DNA from: Octopus sinensis
Taxonomy: Eukaryota
Length of the DNA: 59,633 nucleotides
NCBI RefSeq assembly: GCF_006345805.1
Contig: NW_021834661.1
Location: forward strand, 1 to 59,633
Reading direction: 5' to 3'
Shown: positions 27,656 through 41,639 of the stretch, one piece after another
Layout: each line of letters opens with the position of its first letter
Position numbering within the stretch: the first letter of the stretch is position 1
Notes under the pieces: model-generated
The model's database searches: none
The model's input: only the letters and a program-made list of their open reading frames with translations
What the model was told of the DNA's origin: nothing
Made by a program: the position numbers and the translations under genes

Positions 27656-27880
27656 CACAACTACTACTACAGCAACTACTACTACTACTACTAATGAGAG
27701 TGGTATAAGAACAAGATAAACAAGTAGAATTACTGCTGCTTCTACTATGGCTGTTATTGCAACAACAACAACAACAACAAGTACTACAACCACTAAAACT
27801 ACTAGTATTCATACTGCTACTCTCTGTTGCTGCAGCAACTGCTGCTGCTGCTGCTACTACTACTACTGCTGCCACTACTT
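27200..27880. repeat. (TAC)n/(CAC)n tract with internal higher-order duplications
   Basis: Block ccatcaccaacatcac(cac)caagtccatcac recurs about three times (~27355, ~27478, ~27548). Confidence 0.85.
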
Positions 27881-28291
27881 GGACAAATGTTATGAATCTT
27901 GTGAGATAGAACAGACATTGTAAATCAAAGAATGGTAATTCCATTGATCTCGGAGATTCCAAATGTCTTGGAGGCTCTGACTGATGAGTTAAGATCACGA
28001 ATGCAATATATTAGTGAACAGGCCATATAAGGACAGAGACACACTCGCATGAACACAAACACACAAACACACACTCGCACATACAGAATGGGTATATATA
28101 TATATAAATATATATATATTTATATATATGTACCTATTAATCATGACGAATGCACAATGTTTATATTCTATATTTAAATTAAATGTTTTTGGAATGGTGC
28201 CAAATGTTTCGCTTATCCATTTTCTATTTCTCTCTGTCCATTCACTCTCTCCCTTCTCCCCATCTCTCCCTCTACACACACACACACACAC

Positions 28292-28380
<89 letters not shown>

Positions 28381-28555
28381 CGTAAATGTCGAACAATGAG
28401 AATTAGAAATCAACACGCCATTGATTGATAAAATTTCTTTATTTGTGTATTAAGGCTACCACTGGTTTCGTGTTAGGAAGCATATCTTAATATCTTAACA
28501 ATTTTTCAAGTCAGTTACATGAAGGGATGGTGTTTGTCTCCATTTTGGATGAAAA

Positions 28556-28605
<50 letters not shown>

Positions 28606-28692
28606 TTAATCCAAACATGAAAACACATCAACGCGAGGACGTGGAACAAATATAGTATTATTGGACGCTCAGGAAGGAAGGGAAGAAGGAGG

Positions 28693-28727
28693 ATTTAACG
28701 TTTCGAGCGGAGCTCTTCGTCGGAAAC
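28693..28727 (-). ncRNA. Minimal type I hammerhead motif (U4C variant) in a ~200-bp microsatellite-flanked repeat
   Basis: GTTT-CCGACGA-A-GAGC TCC GCTC-GAAAC GTT-AAAT; palindromic AACGTT in place of stem III. Confidence 0.6.
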
Positions 28728-28805
28728 ATAGGAGAAGGAAAGATCCAGAGAAGGGAAGACAGAGGGAAAAAAATCGCCAACGGTACACACGCGGTCACAT
28801 TTTGA

Positions 28806-28907
<102 letters not shown>

Positions 28908-29582
28908 GTGTGTGTGTGTTTGGGTATTAAAGTTACCATTGGTTTCATGTTAAGAAAAATATCTTTGTATCTTAACAATTTTTCAAGTCGATCTCATGGA
29001 GTAATGGTGTTCGTCTCCATTTTGGGTAAAACACGAAAATTCACAAATAACTCTGGTAAAGAAAAGAAGAAATCAAAGGGTGTGACTCTTGCATGACACT
29101 TTTGGAGTGATTATCCTATTATATTCTTTTATTCCTTTGCTTGTTTCAGTCATTTGACTGCGGCCATGCTGGAGCACTACCTTTGGTCGTACAAACTGAT
29201 CCCAGGACTTTGTAAGCCTGTACTACAAAGGATTACCAGAGTTGAATTTTGTTGCCATTTGAACTGTCTTTATTCGTTCTTTTTCTCTTGTCTGTCTTTC
29301 TGCTCTGTTTTGTGTTTGCATTAGAGACTTTTATTTGAACATTTTTTATTTTGCTGGGGACTTTGATATTTTATAATTTAGTTTATTTTATCAATGGTAA
29401 ATTCTAAATGAATTAACTCAGAAATTGGGACCGATCCAATTATAACGATTGTTTAGAAATTTCTATCGGCTTGCTTTCGAGACGCGTGTTTATAGTGATA
29501 AATTACATGGTTATTGAAGATTAAGTCTACTTTTGGCATATTTGACATTGGAATTTTCTTTTTTTGCCCTTGTTTATAAGTT

Positions 29583-29625
<43 letters not shown>

Positions 29626-29808
29626 TGTGAAATAGAAAGATGAATAATCTTGTTGCAGATTAATCAAAAGTTTAACCGATACCTTGGTAGCAAAAATCAC
29701 AGCAGAAGACAGCACGGTTGGAGGTACAACCATATGGTGTTGCAACCGTGCGTTGGTGCGGATAATTGAATATTTCAATTCACTAATAATATATATATAT
29801 GTATATAT

Positions 29809-29951
29809 GTATCTATCAAAGCAATTGTATATTTATACATATAACCATATTTTGTTCCACTCTCAACCTAAACTGTCAGATGAACTGGAAAGTGAAACTC
29901 TGAGTAACAGTTTTTGCGATGTCTTCGCAGTTTTATTGATAAATTGTATAC

Positions 29952-30022
<71 letters not shown>

Positions 30023-30164
30023 CATACACTTTATCAATAAAACTGCGAAGACATCGCAAAAACTGTTACTCAGAGTTTCACTTTCCAGTTCATCTGACAG
30101 TTTAGGTTGAGAGTGGAACAAAATATGGTTATATGTATAATTATACAATTGCTTTGATAGATAC
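29809..30164. repeat. 135-bp inverted repeat pair around a (TA)n spacer; each arm carries a hammerhead (29870-29913 +, 30060-30103 -)
   Basis: Arms 29809-29943 and 30030-30164 differ at one position. Motif AAACTGT-CAGATGA-ACT GGAA AGT-GAAAC TCTGA GTA-ACAGTTT. Confidence 0.9.
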
Positions 30165-30375
30165 ACATTTGAAAATGGTTTTGTTTCATTGGTCCTTTCA
30201 ACTAACGGTCTTTTCAATAACCGGTTATATGAAATTGCAATTACGATTTAAAATCATATAAAAATCGAAGAAAATCTTAATCCCCAAACTAGTTTTAGTA
30301 GAAAGAAAAGAACGCTGTATACTCAGGTTAAATTAATTAATGGTAAAAATAATAATTTTAGATAAATTAAAAGCC
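30030..30375 (-). mobile_element. Penelope-type terminal repeat (pLTR-like) family; other copies at 34870-35215 and 39530-39730
   Basis: Three dispersed copies. The one at 39530 lies directly upstream of the Penelope-like ORF on the same strand. Confidence 0.7.
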
Positions 30376-30455
30376 TTGGAGTGGCAAATTGTGGCCCCCA
30401 AGGAATGGCTAAAAAACGATGACTAGAGAATGGTGGTGTTGCGGACCTATTGCAA

Positions 30456-30609
30456 TTCTTTGTAAGCCTAGTACTTAGTCTATCGGACTGTTTTGCCGAA
30501 CCGCTAAGTTACGGGGACGTGAACACACCAACATAAGCTGTCAAGCGATGGTAGGGTAACAAACAGACACACAAATATATACACATATACATACATACAT
30601 GCATATATA

Positions 30610-30661
<52 letters not shown>

Positions 30662-30856
30662 CATACATGCGTACATATATATATATGTACGACGGGCTTC
30701 TTTTAGTTTCCGTCTAACAAATCCACTCACAAGGCTTTGGTCGGCCCAAGGCTATAGTAGAAGACACTTGCCGAAGGTGCCATGCGGTGGGACTAAATCT
30801 GAAACCATGTGCTTGAGAAGCAAGCTCCCCACCACGCAGCCACGCCTGCGCCTGTA
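30456..30856 (-). mobile_element. SINE family A copy
   Basis: Body and head ...ccacgcagccacgcctgcgcctgtat. Confidence 0.85.
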
Positions 30857-30877
30857 TATATATATGTGTGTGTATAC

Positions 30878-30957
<80 letters not shown>

Positions 30958-30968
30958 ATGTATGTATG

Positions 30969-31023
<55 letters not shown>

Positions 31024-31160
31024 CTCGTTATACATATATACATATATTTTTACATATTTCATTTTTCCATTTGATTTGCAAGATTCTTTATGTGAATTCG
31101 TGTTTTGAAGCATTTTATTGTCTGGGGAGAGCCATTCTCTTTTAATGCCTTATTGCTTAA

Positions 31161-31248
31161 CACACTCACCGGTTCGACTAGTGAAGATGCTGCAAGACCC
31201 AACTTCAGAAAAAATAAATAATGAATGGAAATCGAATCGGTGAGCGTG
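31161..31248. mobile_element. Tiny piggyBac-like MITE
   Basis: TTAA|cacactcaccggttcga ... tcgaatcggtgagcgtg|TCAA: 17-bp TIR with 2 mismatches and a TTAA-type target. Confidence 0.6.
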
Positions 31249-31257
31249 TCAAGCAGC

Positions 31258-31690
31258 CATACTATGGGATATGCCAATACACACAGATAGAGAAATTAAG
31301 GCCAATAGGCCAGATATAGTTGTCAGAGATCATGAAATAAAAAAATGCTTTCTAATTGATGTATCAATACCAGTAGATGACAACATTTCTCTAAAAGAAA
31401 TGGAGAAACTTTCAAAATACAAAGATCTGGAATTAGAGGTAACTCGAATGTGGAGCCTAAAAACAGAAACAATTCTTATCATAGTAGGCGCATTAGGTAT
31501 GATAAATATATACAACATACAGAAAATTGCACTACTGGGCACTGCACACATCCTACGCAAAACACTTTCAATACAGTAACCATAAGGGCAACACAGCAAA
31601 CCACAGCACATACCCAAGGCACACAGAGCTGCGCTCATAGTGAAGTGAAAGCATGTTATAAAAATAAAACTACTGAATAATAATAATAAT
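31258..31690 (+). mobile_element. 5'-truncated 3' fragment of the R4/Dong-like family with an internal deletion
   Basis: ORF MPIHTDREIKANRPDIVVRD...HILRKTLSIQ, the same 3' UTR as 15516-15620 and an (AAT)n tail. Confidence 0.92.
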
Positions 31691-32221
31691 GTTTAAGTAA
31701 ATATTATTATCATGGACCTCGACTAGGCAGAATTTAAATTAGCCTATACTAGGGCACGTTAGGGAGAAAATTCCCCTAATGGGAAACTTGTCTTCAAAAA
31801 TAGGACCGGGGTAATGTTTTGAAAAGAATGTGCGTTTTATATGCTATCGATTACAATAAATTGCATAGGTATTGAAGATCTGAAATAACTGAATGATATG
31901 AGATCGAACACGGAACCTCATATAACTACGATACTTGATACTTAACTATTCGTGTCTGCTAGGAGAATTTTGTATAGTTATTTGAGAAAACCTATGAGGT
32001 CATTTGAATTCTAATGCAAGTAATTTGGGGAAGATAATGGGACATCAGTCAAATGACCAGACACTAAATCTTAACTATTGGATGCACTCCATACGATGTT
32101 CAATACAAATTAATCAAACTCCATCCATTTAGGAGGGGAAACAAATTTTGATGTATGTACGTATTTATGCATATGCCTTTGTATGTATGTATTTAATAAT
32201 ATGTGTGTGTATGTATGTGGG

Positions 32222-32254
<33 letters not shown>

Positions 32255-32510
32255 CTATATCTATACATACATATACATACATATACATATACGTGTGTGT
32301 GCGTCTATTATGTATATATGTTTATATAAATATGTACATATGTATATATACATGTATACATATATGCATATATCTCTGTTTATCTATCTATCTATCTAAT
32401 TATATATCTATCTATTTCTCTATCTTTCTCTCGTACGCGTGTTTGTCCAAATATAAGTGCACGTGTATGAGTATGTGAATATATGTATATATATATATAT
32501 ATATAGCATA

Positions 32511-32560
<50 letters not shown>

Positions 32561-32649
32561 GTATGTATTCATTATATATATTTATGTATACATATTTATG
32601 AATATATATTTATATATATATTTATAAATATATGATATGTATGTATATA

Positions 32650-32692
<43 letters not shown>

Positions 32693-33133
32693 CGCACAAA
32701 TATATATATATTACGCACAAATATATATATATATATGCACACATATAAATACATATGCAAATATCATTATGATATATATTATATACAATTACTATATACA
32801 AATGTATATATATGCACATGTGTGTATGTGTGCATGTGTGTATTAATATGTATATGTATAGGTATACATACACGTGTCGCATTTCAACGAATTTCTACTC
32901 CAGAGAATGAAACGGAATTGGCTTTTTCGTAATTCCAAGAAAATTAGGTTCACAGACATCTTGAAATGAAATCACTCATCAAGCCATTCTTGTATTCTTC
33001 GATTCTGATCTTTTTATCCATTTTAAAGAGCATTCTTCAACAATGGGATATCATTTCTATGACAGGGAACTGCAATAACCATGATTAATAACAGCATGAA
33101 TAACATTACTACTACTACTACTACTACTAATAC

Positions 33134-33189
<56 letters not shown>

Positions 33190-33519
33190 GAGGGAAGAAT
33201 AGAAAAAAGATGGAGTAAGGAAGAAAGGAAAAAGAGATGAAGAGGAAATGAAGCTGGAGTAGTAGCAGCAGCTGTACTGGTAGTGGTAGTAGTAGTAGTA
33301 GTAGTAGCAATGGTGGCGGCGGCGACAGTGGTGGTTGCGGCGCCGGTGGTGGCACAGTGACAGGTGTGGCACAATATTAGTGGTGGCACAACGGTAGTAG
33401 TGGAAGCGGTGGAGGCGGCAGCGGCAGTGGAACCAGTGGTGTCACGACGGTGCGGCGGTGACGGTGGCATGATGGTGGAGTGGTGGCGGTGGGACAATAG
33501 TGAAGGTGACACGACGGCG

Positions 33520-33900
33520 CAGCGGCGGTGGCTGTGGTGTTGGTGGTGGTGGTGGTGGTGGTGGTGGTGGTATTGGTGGTGGTGGTGGTGGTGGTGGTGG
33601 TTGCGGCGGTGGTGGTGGTGGTGGTGGTGGTGGTGGTGGCGGCGGCGGCGGTGGTTGGTGGTGGTGGTGATGGTGGTGGTGGTGGTGGTGGTGGCGGCGG
33701 TAGTGGTGGTGGTGGCGGCGGTAGTGGTGGTGGTGGCGGCGGTAGTGGTGGTGGTGGCGGCGGTGGTGGTGGTGGCGGCGGCGGTGGTTTTGGTAGTGGT
33801 GGTGGTGGTGGTGGCGGCGGTATTGTGGTGGTGGTGTGGTGGTGGTGGTGGTGGTTGTGGTGGTGGCGGTGGTGGTGGTGGCGGCGGCGGTTGTGGTAAT
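33520..33900. repeat. (GGT)n/(GGC)n G-rich tract
   Basis: Direct reading. Confidence 0.95.
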
Positions 33901-33952
33901 GGTGATTGTGTTTACTGTTGTGGTAGATATAGTAGAGGACAAAAGAGAAAAA

Positions 33953-33983
<31 letters not shown>

Positions 33984-34718
33984 GAAGGAAGGAAGGAAGG
34001 AAGGAAGAGAGAAGGAATAGGGAAGACTATAAGACGTGAAAGGATGAATAATTAGCTACTAATAAGTTTCGATGTAAAATAAACGAAATCAAAAACAACA
34101 ACAATGTCAGCAGCAACGAAAATGAAAATTTTTTTAAGGTTAATACCCCGTTCGGTTGCAACATTTCATTCACCTAAATATGTTTCCGGAACGTAATAGA
34201 TTTATAATAGGAATACTGATAAATTCTGTTCCAATTTTGCGCATAAATCTGTTACTGGAAAACCAAATATAAATAATTAAAATCTGAAGCTTTTATCAAC
34301 ATTTAATCTTTTTCCGTTTGTGCAATGGTTTTAACCTTACAAATTGCCATTTAAACAGTTTGTTTATCGATTTGGTAATTTGTTGTACGGAAACATATAT
34401 TTAATGACTCGGTTTCCAAGGTGTTTATAGGGTTGACGGCAAATCAGTGCAACTTATGATATAATCAACACATCTATGCATTCAGAAATCCTGAAGGATG
34501 TTTTAGTAACTATTTGTTGATATATTTTTACAAAAACTTATCTAAAGCTATGGGAGAAAAGAAAAAGGGAAGCATACATATATACATGCATGCATACATC
34601 TGTGAGTGTGCATGTATGCATGCATGTACGTACTAACTGTTTATATGTGTATGTGCATATATATATCTATATATTTATGTTTGCATATATATATATATAT
34701 ACACACTTTATTATATTA

Positions 34719-34778
<60 letters not shown>

Positions 34779-34785
34779 CACTTTA

Positions 34786-34858
<73 letters not shown>

Positions 34859-34902
34859 ATATATATATACAATTTATTAATAAAGCTGCGAAGACATCGC
34901 AA

Positions 34903-34946
34903 AAACTGTTACTCAGAGTTTCACTTTCCAGTTCATCTGACAGTTT
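34903..34946 (-). ncRNA. Type I hammerhead-like motif (CAGATGA core) in a pLTR-like copy
   Basis: Same motif as 30060-30103. Confidence 0.55.
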
Positions 34947-35724
34947 AGGTTGAGAGTGGAACAAAATATGGTTATATGTATAAATACACAATTGCTTTGA
35001 TAGATACACATTTGAAAATGGTTTTGTTTCATTGGTCCTTTCAACAAACGGTCTTTTCAAGAACCGGTTATATGTAATTACAGTTACGATTTAAAATCAT
35101 ATAAAAATCGAAGAAAATCTTAAATCCCAAACTAGCTTTAGTAGAAAGAAAAGAACGCTGTATACTCAGGGTAAATTAATTAATGGTAAAAATAACAAAT
35201 TTAGGTAAATTAAAATGGTATGTCTGTTTAAAATAAAAACATTTACAAAAAACTAACATCATAAAAATGCACATACATTTAGTTATACATACATATACCA
35301 AAACACCTATAAATACATATATACACTAAAAATACAACCGTTGGTACATGCCTACATATATATACAAACAAATATAGGCAAAACATAAATATATACAAAT
35401 GCATATATAGGTATCCACGTACATATATATAGGCACATGATATTTGTCCGTGTGTGTTTCAAATATACAACTTGGTTGCTACAAGCTAGAGAAAGAAAAA
35501 GAAGAAGAAAGTGGTGCAAGAAAGAAAAGGAAAAAGAAAGTGAAAGTAGGTAGTGAGAGAGTGAAATGATATGGAAGTTGGCGTTTCTGAAAAGTATCTA
35601 ACAAATGTTAGATACTTCGGTGATGTTGCAAAGGCACACATATAAAAAAAGACATGCATATCTGCATAAATACATACAAACATCCAAAACTAACACACAT
35701 GTACGTATATATATATATGTATAT

Positions 35725-36026
35725 ATCACCGTGATCACCGTGACCGACCAGGCTACCAGATGTTGCTACACATCGCTGGTCACCATGCGCTTCGCATTGT
35801 TTTAGCCTTCAAATGACGCCACCCCGCTGGCTAAGCGAGCAGGCCAACAGAAAAAAGAATGAGAGAAAGTTGCGGCGAAAGAGTACAGCAGAGATCGCCA
35901 CCACCCCTGCCGGAGCCGCGTGGAGCTTTGGGTGTTTTCGCTCAATAAACACTCACAACGCCCGGTCTGGGAATCGAAACCGCGATCCTACAACCGCAAG
36001 TTCGCTGCCCTAACCACTGGGCCATT
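35725..36026 (-). mobile_element. tRNA-headed SINE (probably tRNA-Arg-like), third family
   Basis: A box TGGCCCAGTGG and B box GGTTTCGATTCC. Related copy at 45775-46052 has ctcgcg in the anticodon-like position. Confidence 0.8.
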
Positions 36027-36031
36027 ATATG

Positions 36032-36072
<41 letters not shown>

Positions 36073-36114
36073 TATATGTGTGTGTGTGTGGTGTGTGTGT
36101 GTGTGTGTGTGTGT

Positions 36115-36236
<122 letters not shown>

Positions 36237-36385
36237 ATATATATATATACATATAATGGCCCAGTGGTTAGGGCAGCGAACTTGCGGTTGTAGGATCGCG
36301 GTTTCGATTCCCAGACCGGGCGTTGTGAGTGTTTATTGAGCGAAAACACCCAAAGCTCCACGTATGTATATATGTACATATATAT

Positions 36386-36434
<49 letters not shown>

Positions 36435-36487
36435 TATGTATATGTATATGTATATATATATATATATAATATATATATATATGTATG

Positions 36488-36556
<69 letters not shown>

Positions 36557-36594
36557 CATGCTACAATTAATACACCAAACTGTAAACGGTTGTC

Positions 36595-36661
36595 ATTATT
36601 AGTATTCAGAGTTTCGAATGTCGGGGCGAAGAGCTGTTGTACATTCCCGTCGGCTATTAAT
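36595..36661 (-). ncRNA. Degenerate type I hammerhead motif downstream of the Penelope-like ORF
   Basis: ATTAATAG-CCGACGG-GAATGT(19 nt)ACATTC-GAAAC TCTGA ATA-CTAATAAT. Perfect 6-bp stem II and 7/8 stem I; A9 and 16.2 are mutated. Confidence 0.5.
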
Positions 36662-36844
36662 GGCAACAAGCACTACGAAAAAAATCTTTAAATATAAGGT
36701 AAGTAACTCTAATAGATAGAAAAAGAAAAATGAACTTAAAAAATATAAAAAAAGGCCATAAAACACCTGCGTTCACAACGTCTGCATACGTACACACCCA
36801 CACAAAACATTACACACATACAAACAAACACACACACACACACT

Positions 36845-36878
<34 letters not shown>

Positions 36879-37384
36879 AACATATATGCATGTACATACT
36901 CCTACATACACTCATACCCGTACACACACATGTATATATATATATATATATGTACGCAATCCTCGTGTTTATATAGGTGCTTACATGCATACATGTAGCA
37001 TAACACATATATATCTAAACGTATATTTATGCATACATATATGCACCATAACGTATATAGGCACACAAATATAATTAACAACTATCTGGTGTATAGAATA
37101 TTAACATAAGAAAATTGTACACTAAATTAATATAATTTAATTAAATGTAATATAAATATATAAAAATTTGCAAAAATAACTTAAAATTTAAATATGAAAA
37201 ATCGGTAAAAAGAAGTAAAAATTGAACCTTGGCAATTTTTTTATATTAAATTTCTAAACAATCGAAAGCTTTCTTAAAAGTTGAATGTAAAATATGAAGG
37301 TGAAATATGTACCACAATTGTAATACAAAAAGATGTTTATATTTTAGTTGTAAAAGCCAATTCCATATGCGAAAGTCAAACATT

Positions 37385-39420
37385 TTTTACCCATCCGGTC
37401 CTTTTTCAGTTGACACTTTTAACCTCGTAGCGTGCCTGCAGAAATTTAAAAGTTCAATGCATGTTTTTCCTGGAACAGGATGAAGAATTTTTCTGGTCTT
37501 CTTTAGGCTCCATGTTTATATGGTGCTGCTTTTTCCAAAATTGTCCAGCAAATATTCAAAGGACGGGTGTCATTTTCCTTCAGTTGCCAGACATGTTTTG
37601 CAAGACTTGTTGCCGCTCTATTCTCGGGGTATCGGTGGGAACAAAACCTAGTCTTGAATGAATTTTCCGAAGCCCCTGTGTAAGTTTTATATTCTTGTGA
37701 TCCATCTATTTGTACTTTAGCTCTATAAACTATTCCTTTTTCAAGACATTTCCCTTCTAACGGATAACAAGTCTTATCTTTGAAATTGCAATTCTTCTGG
37801 TTAAATTCGGCTCCGTGGTTGCTTGTAATGATTTTTGTCTTATGTTGATTAATAAAAGAGGCGGCGTTTTCGAAACAAGAATAGCTAGCCTTAGTGTTCT
37901 ATTAACAACTCTATAGAACTTATGGTTAATTTTAAAATGTTTCTAAACCAGTTTTAAGAATCCCCTACCTATATTTGTTTTTACGGCAATATTTGATGCC
38001 GGATTGAACCACAAAACTTTCCTAGTTCTAGTTCTACGCGGTCTTATATTTCTAGGAGTAGTTTGACTATACTGGATCTTCTCCGAGAATCCACTAGGCC
38101 TTAATGCATTATTATAATACGGCACGACATTTTGAAACGCTGTTTCGTCTGAAGATATGGATGATATGCGCCTTTTTATATTACTAACTAGTTTCTTAAG
38201 AATTATGAGTGGATGATTAGACTCTTTGCTAATATAACAGAGCTTTTCATTGGACTTACGGTAGGGTTTAGATTTATCTAATTGCAAATCTAAGTTGATG
38301 TCTAAACAATCTACGTTATTAAGGTTACTTTCTATCGTAATCCGTAGAAGAAAGTAATCAGATTCTTGCTAAGTTTATCTAACTCATAGCCATTTAAATT
38401 ACAGGTGACTATAAGACCGTCATCCCTGTCTAATCCAGCATCTATGAAAGGGAATTCTAGATGTAGGTTATGCAAAATGTAAGTTCCCATAAGCGTACAC
38501 AACTCCGCCCCATCATGTACCCCTTCGTTATTATTTAGTAGATGGGATCATCGTAAAAAGGAAGGGATTTCCTTGCATGCAGGATAATATCTAAATCCGA
38601 TTTATCGATGGTGACATACTGCTTGGTGAAGTCTAATGATTTAAGAAGTCAAGTCCTGGATATTGACGGGTAAAAATCGACAATATCGGACTGCGTAAAT
38701 CTGCAGTTGTGTTTGTGGCTAATTCCTTTGAACCAATCTATCACTGACTTACTATTTCCCCAAATCCGTAAATTTAATTCTCTATTTAACTTGCTTAAAA
38801 TAGAATGTAAAATATTTTTGCTAATAATGCCTATTTCAGTTTTAGCTTGGTTAATTAGTCTACTTTTAAGGTTTCTATTGAAATTTGATTTGTGGTCCTT
38901 CAGGGTAATAAAGGGTTGGTGTGGGGGGAAGGTATTCTATCCTATCACTAACTTTAAGATTGTTAGCAATTCTTCTTGCTTCCAAATTCACCGCTTTATA
39001 TAAATTCATGTTATCTTTTTTGTAGGTGTCTGTAATGCTATTCGAAAGTAGACGTTTATAGAAATTTTTGTCAACTGTGTCTAGGTTTTTTGTCTTTTCG
39101 GACTTTACAAAGATCTTATCCGAGTTTTTTTATGTTTCTTATTTTTTCTTTCATATTTCTCTGGAGCGGATTCTTGAATTTTTAAAAAGCTTCTAGTTCC
39201 GAAATAGGTTGTGGGTTTTTAGAAGATTTAAGGCCATATTTGTTTCCGTTAATTTATTGTTTCGTGTCAAAGAAGTAAGCTTTCCATCTCATTCTTCAGA
39301 TAAAATCCTCCGTTTTACCAATAAGACTTTTGATGTATTGGTTGTGCGCCGGGATAGACATGTTTGCTTTTATTTTCTTTTTATGGAAAACTCCAATGGT
39401 GAGAGTTCCATTTCCTACTT
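37385..39420 (-). pseudogene. Decayed Penelope-like element ORF (RT + GIY-YIG endonuclease)
   Basis: Manual translation gives IPAHNQYIKSLIGKTEDFI*RMRWKAYFF, FTQSDIVDFYPSI, KVLWFNP...KTNIGRGFLKLV, and CNFKDKTCYPLEGKCLEK...GASENSFKTRF...SLAKHVWQLK, with many stops and frameshifts. Confidence 0.85.
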
Positions 39421-39558
39421 GTGGAGAGTTGCTCGTACTTAAAAAGGGGCGGGTTACACCAGATTAAGCACTTAAATGTGAAACAAGGTGGAAAAATAGT
39501 GCTCGTATATTGGAGGGAGAGTAATATGCTCAATTAATAAAACTGCAAAGACATCACA

Positions 39559-39604
39559 AAAACTGTTACTCAGAGTTTCACGTTCCCGTTCGTCGGACAG
39601 TTTT
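39559..39604 (-). ncRNA. Type I hammerhead motif (U4C) upstream of the Penelope-like ORF
   Basis: AAAACTGT-CCGACGA-ACG GGAA CGT-GAAAC TCTGA GTA-ACAGTTTT; perfect 8-bp stem I. Confidence 0.7.
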
Positions 39605-39744
39605 AGTTGAAAATTGAACAAAATATGATTATATGCAAAAAATATACAATTACTTTGATAGATACACATTTGAAAATAGTTTTGTTTCATTGGTCCTTTC
39701 AAATTACGATCTTTTCAATAACCACTTATAGGAAATTACAATGC

Positions 39745-39951
39745 TCTTTTTACTCTGTTACTTGTTTCAGCCATTTGACTGTGGCCATGCTGGAGCACCG
39801 CTTTTAGTCGGGAAAACCTACCCCAGGACTTATTCTTTGTAAGCCCAGTACTTATTCTATCGGTCTCTTTTGCCGAACCGCTAAGTTACGGGGACGAGAA
39901 CACACCAACATCGGTTGTCAAGCGATGTTAGGGGGACAAACACAGACACAG

Positions 39952-40000
<49 letters not shown>

Positions 40001-40178
40001 ATATATATATATACAACGGGCTTCTTTCAGTTTCCGTCTACCAAATCCACTCACAAGGCTTTGGTCGGCCCGAGGCTATAGAAGAAGACACTTGCCCAAG
40101 GTGCCACGCAGTGGGACTGAACCCGGAACCATGTGGCTGGTAAGCAAGCTCCTTACCATACAGCCACTCCTACGCCTA
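39745..40178 (-). mobile_element. Full-length SINE family A copy
   Basis: Head taggcgtaggagtggctgtatggtaagg through tail gaaacaagtaacagagtaaaaag. Confidence 0.92.
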
Positions 40179-40189
40179 TTATAATTTAT

Positions 40190-40560
40190 TATTATAACAC
40201 AGCGCGGCATTTTGAACGCTCTCTCCTCTAAAGATATGGATGATATGCGCCTTCCTATATTACTAACTAGGTGGATGATTTGATTCTTTGTTAATATAAA
40301 ATAGCCTTTCATTGGTATTGGTATATCAAACAGAGAATCTTCGTCCTTTTTAACTCGGGTGGAATAATCGTAAAATAGGGAAGATTTACATGCAGGATAA
40401 TATCTAAATCCGATTTATCGATGATGACATTCTGCTTGGCGAAGTCTAATGCTTTAAGAAGTAAAGTCCTGGATATTGACGGGTAAAAATCGACAATATC
40501 GGACTGCGTAAATCTGCAGCTGTGTTTGTGGTTAATTCCTCTGAACCAATCTATCACTGA
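40190..40560 (-). pseudogene. Second, internally deleted Penelope-like RT fragment
   Basis: Repeats FTQSDIVDFYPSISRT and joins directly to the ISSIS/LEE region seen at ~38150. Confidence 0.8.
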
Positions 40561-40594
40561 CTTATAATTAACCCTAAAGTCATGTTATGTGAGG

Positions 40595-40632
<38 letters not shown>

Positions 40633-40963
40633 TACATATTTATTTAGCCACGTGGTCTCTATGGGATTACGGCCGTTTCGAGACCATCTTCATGCAGTTT
40701 TAATTTCGGCATGGAAGACATATGTTTGCATTAATGTATATGCTCAGCTATATACAATTGTATATTCGTAAAATCAATGTAAATAAAGCTAGCTAGTCAT
40801 AATAAGATTGCTTTTATTATAATTAAATATAAAAACAAACAGATACACACACACACATATATTGTATGGTTGTATTTTTTTACTTGCTTCAGTTATAAGA
40901 CAGCGGCCATGTTGTGGCACCGCCTCGATGAATTTTAGTCGACGTTATCGACCCTAGTACTTA

Positions 40964-41033
<70 letters not shown>

Positions 41034-41256
41034 GAGCCTGATACTTATTCTAACAGTCTCTTTTACCGAACCACTAGGTTACGAGCACGTAAACACACAA
41101 ACACACCAACGCCTGTTGTCAAGCGTTGGTGGGAGACGATCACATACCACGCACGCGCTCGCTCGCACGCACACGCATACACACACATATATGCATACAT
41201 ATATATATATATATATATAATATATATATATATTATATATATATATATATAATATG

Positions 41257-41333
<77 letters not shown>

Positions 41334-41639
41334 ATTATATCTAGATATACATATACATTTGTGTGTATGTGTGTTTGTACATCAAGAGTATATTCCGGGT
41401 ATTCTCATTTCTTCTATTCTAATTATCTTAGCTAATATCGATTTTTTTATTCCAATTCCCGTCAAAGCTACAACAAAGGCGACGTCAACAGCAACAAGAA
41501 CAACATAAACAAAGCCAACAAAACCAACGACACCAGCAGCACCAGCAGCAGCCGCCGCCGCCGCTAATTACCCGTGTATTCGAAGCGAGCATCCACCCAT
41601 AACCGAACCACCGTCGACATTTGCCGCCAATAGAAATAG

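Noticed and set aside
27895-28030. Protein-like frame DRTDIVNQRMVIPLISEIPNVLEALTDELRSRMQYISEQAI and possible minus-strand exon
   Set aside because: Bounded by stops, weak splice sites, and no recognisable homology; needs RNA-seq or BLASTX.
35955-36026. Genuine tRNA genes at SINE heads (also 26421, 55791)
   Set aside because: They have A and B boxes but lack proper acceptor and anticodon stems, and continue into SINE bodies.
40661-40697. Hammerhead relic with palindromic GAAACGGCCGTA (similar relics at ~48925 and ~49150)
   Set aside because: Core C3, stem I and stem II are not recoverable; counted only as decayed remnants.
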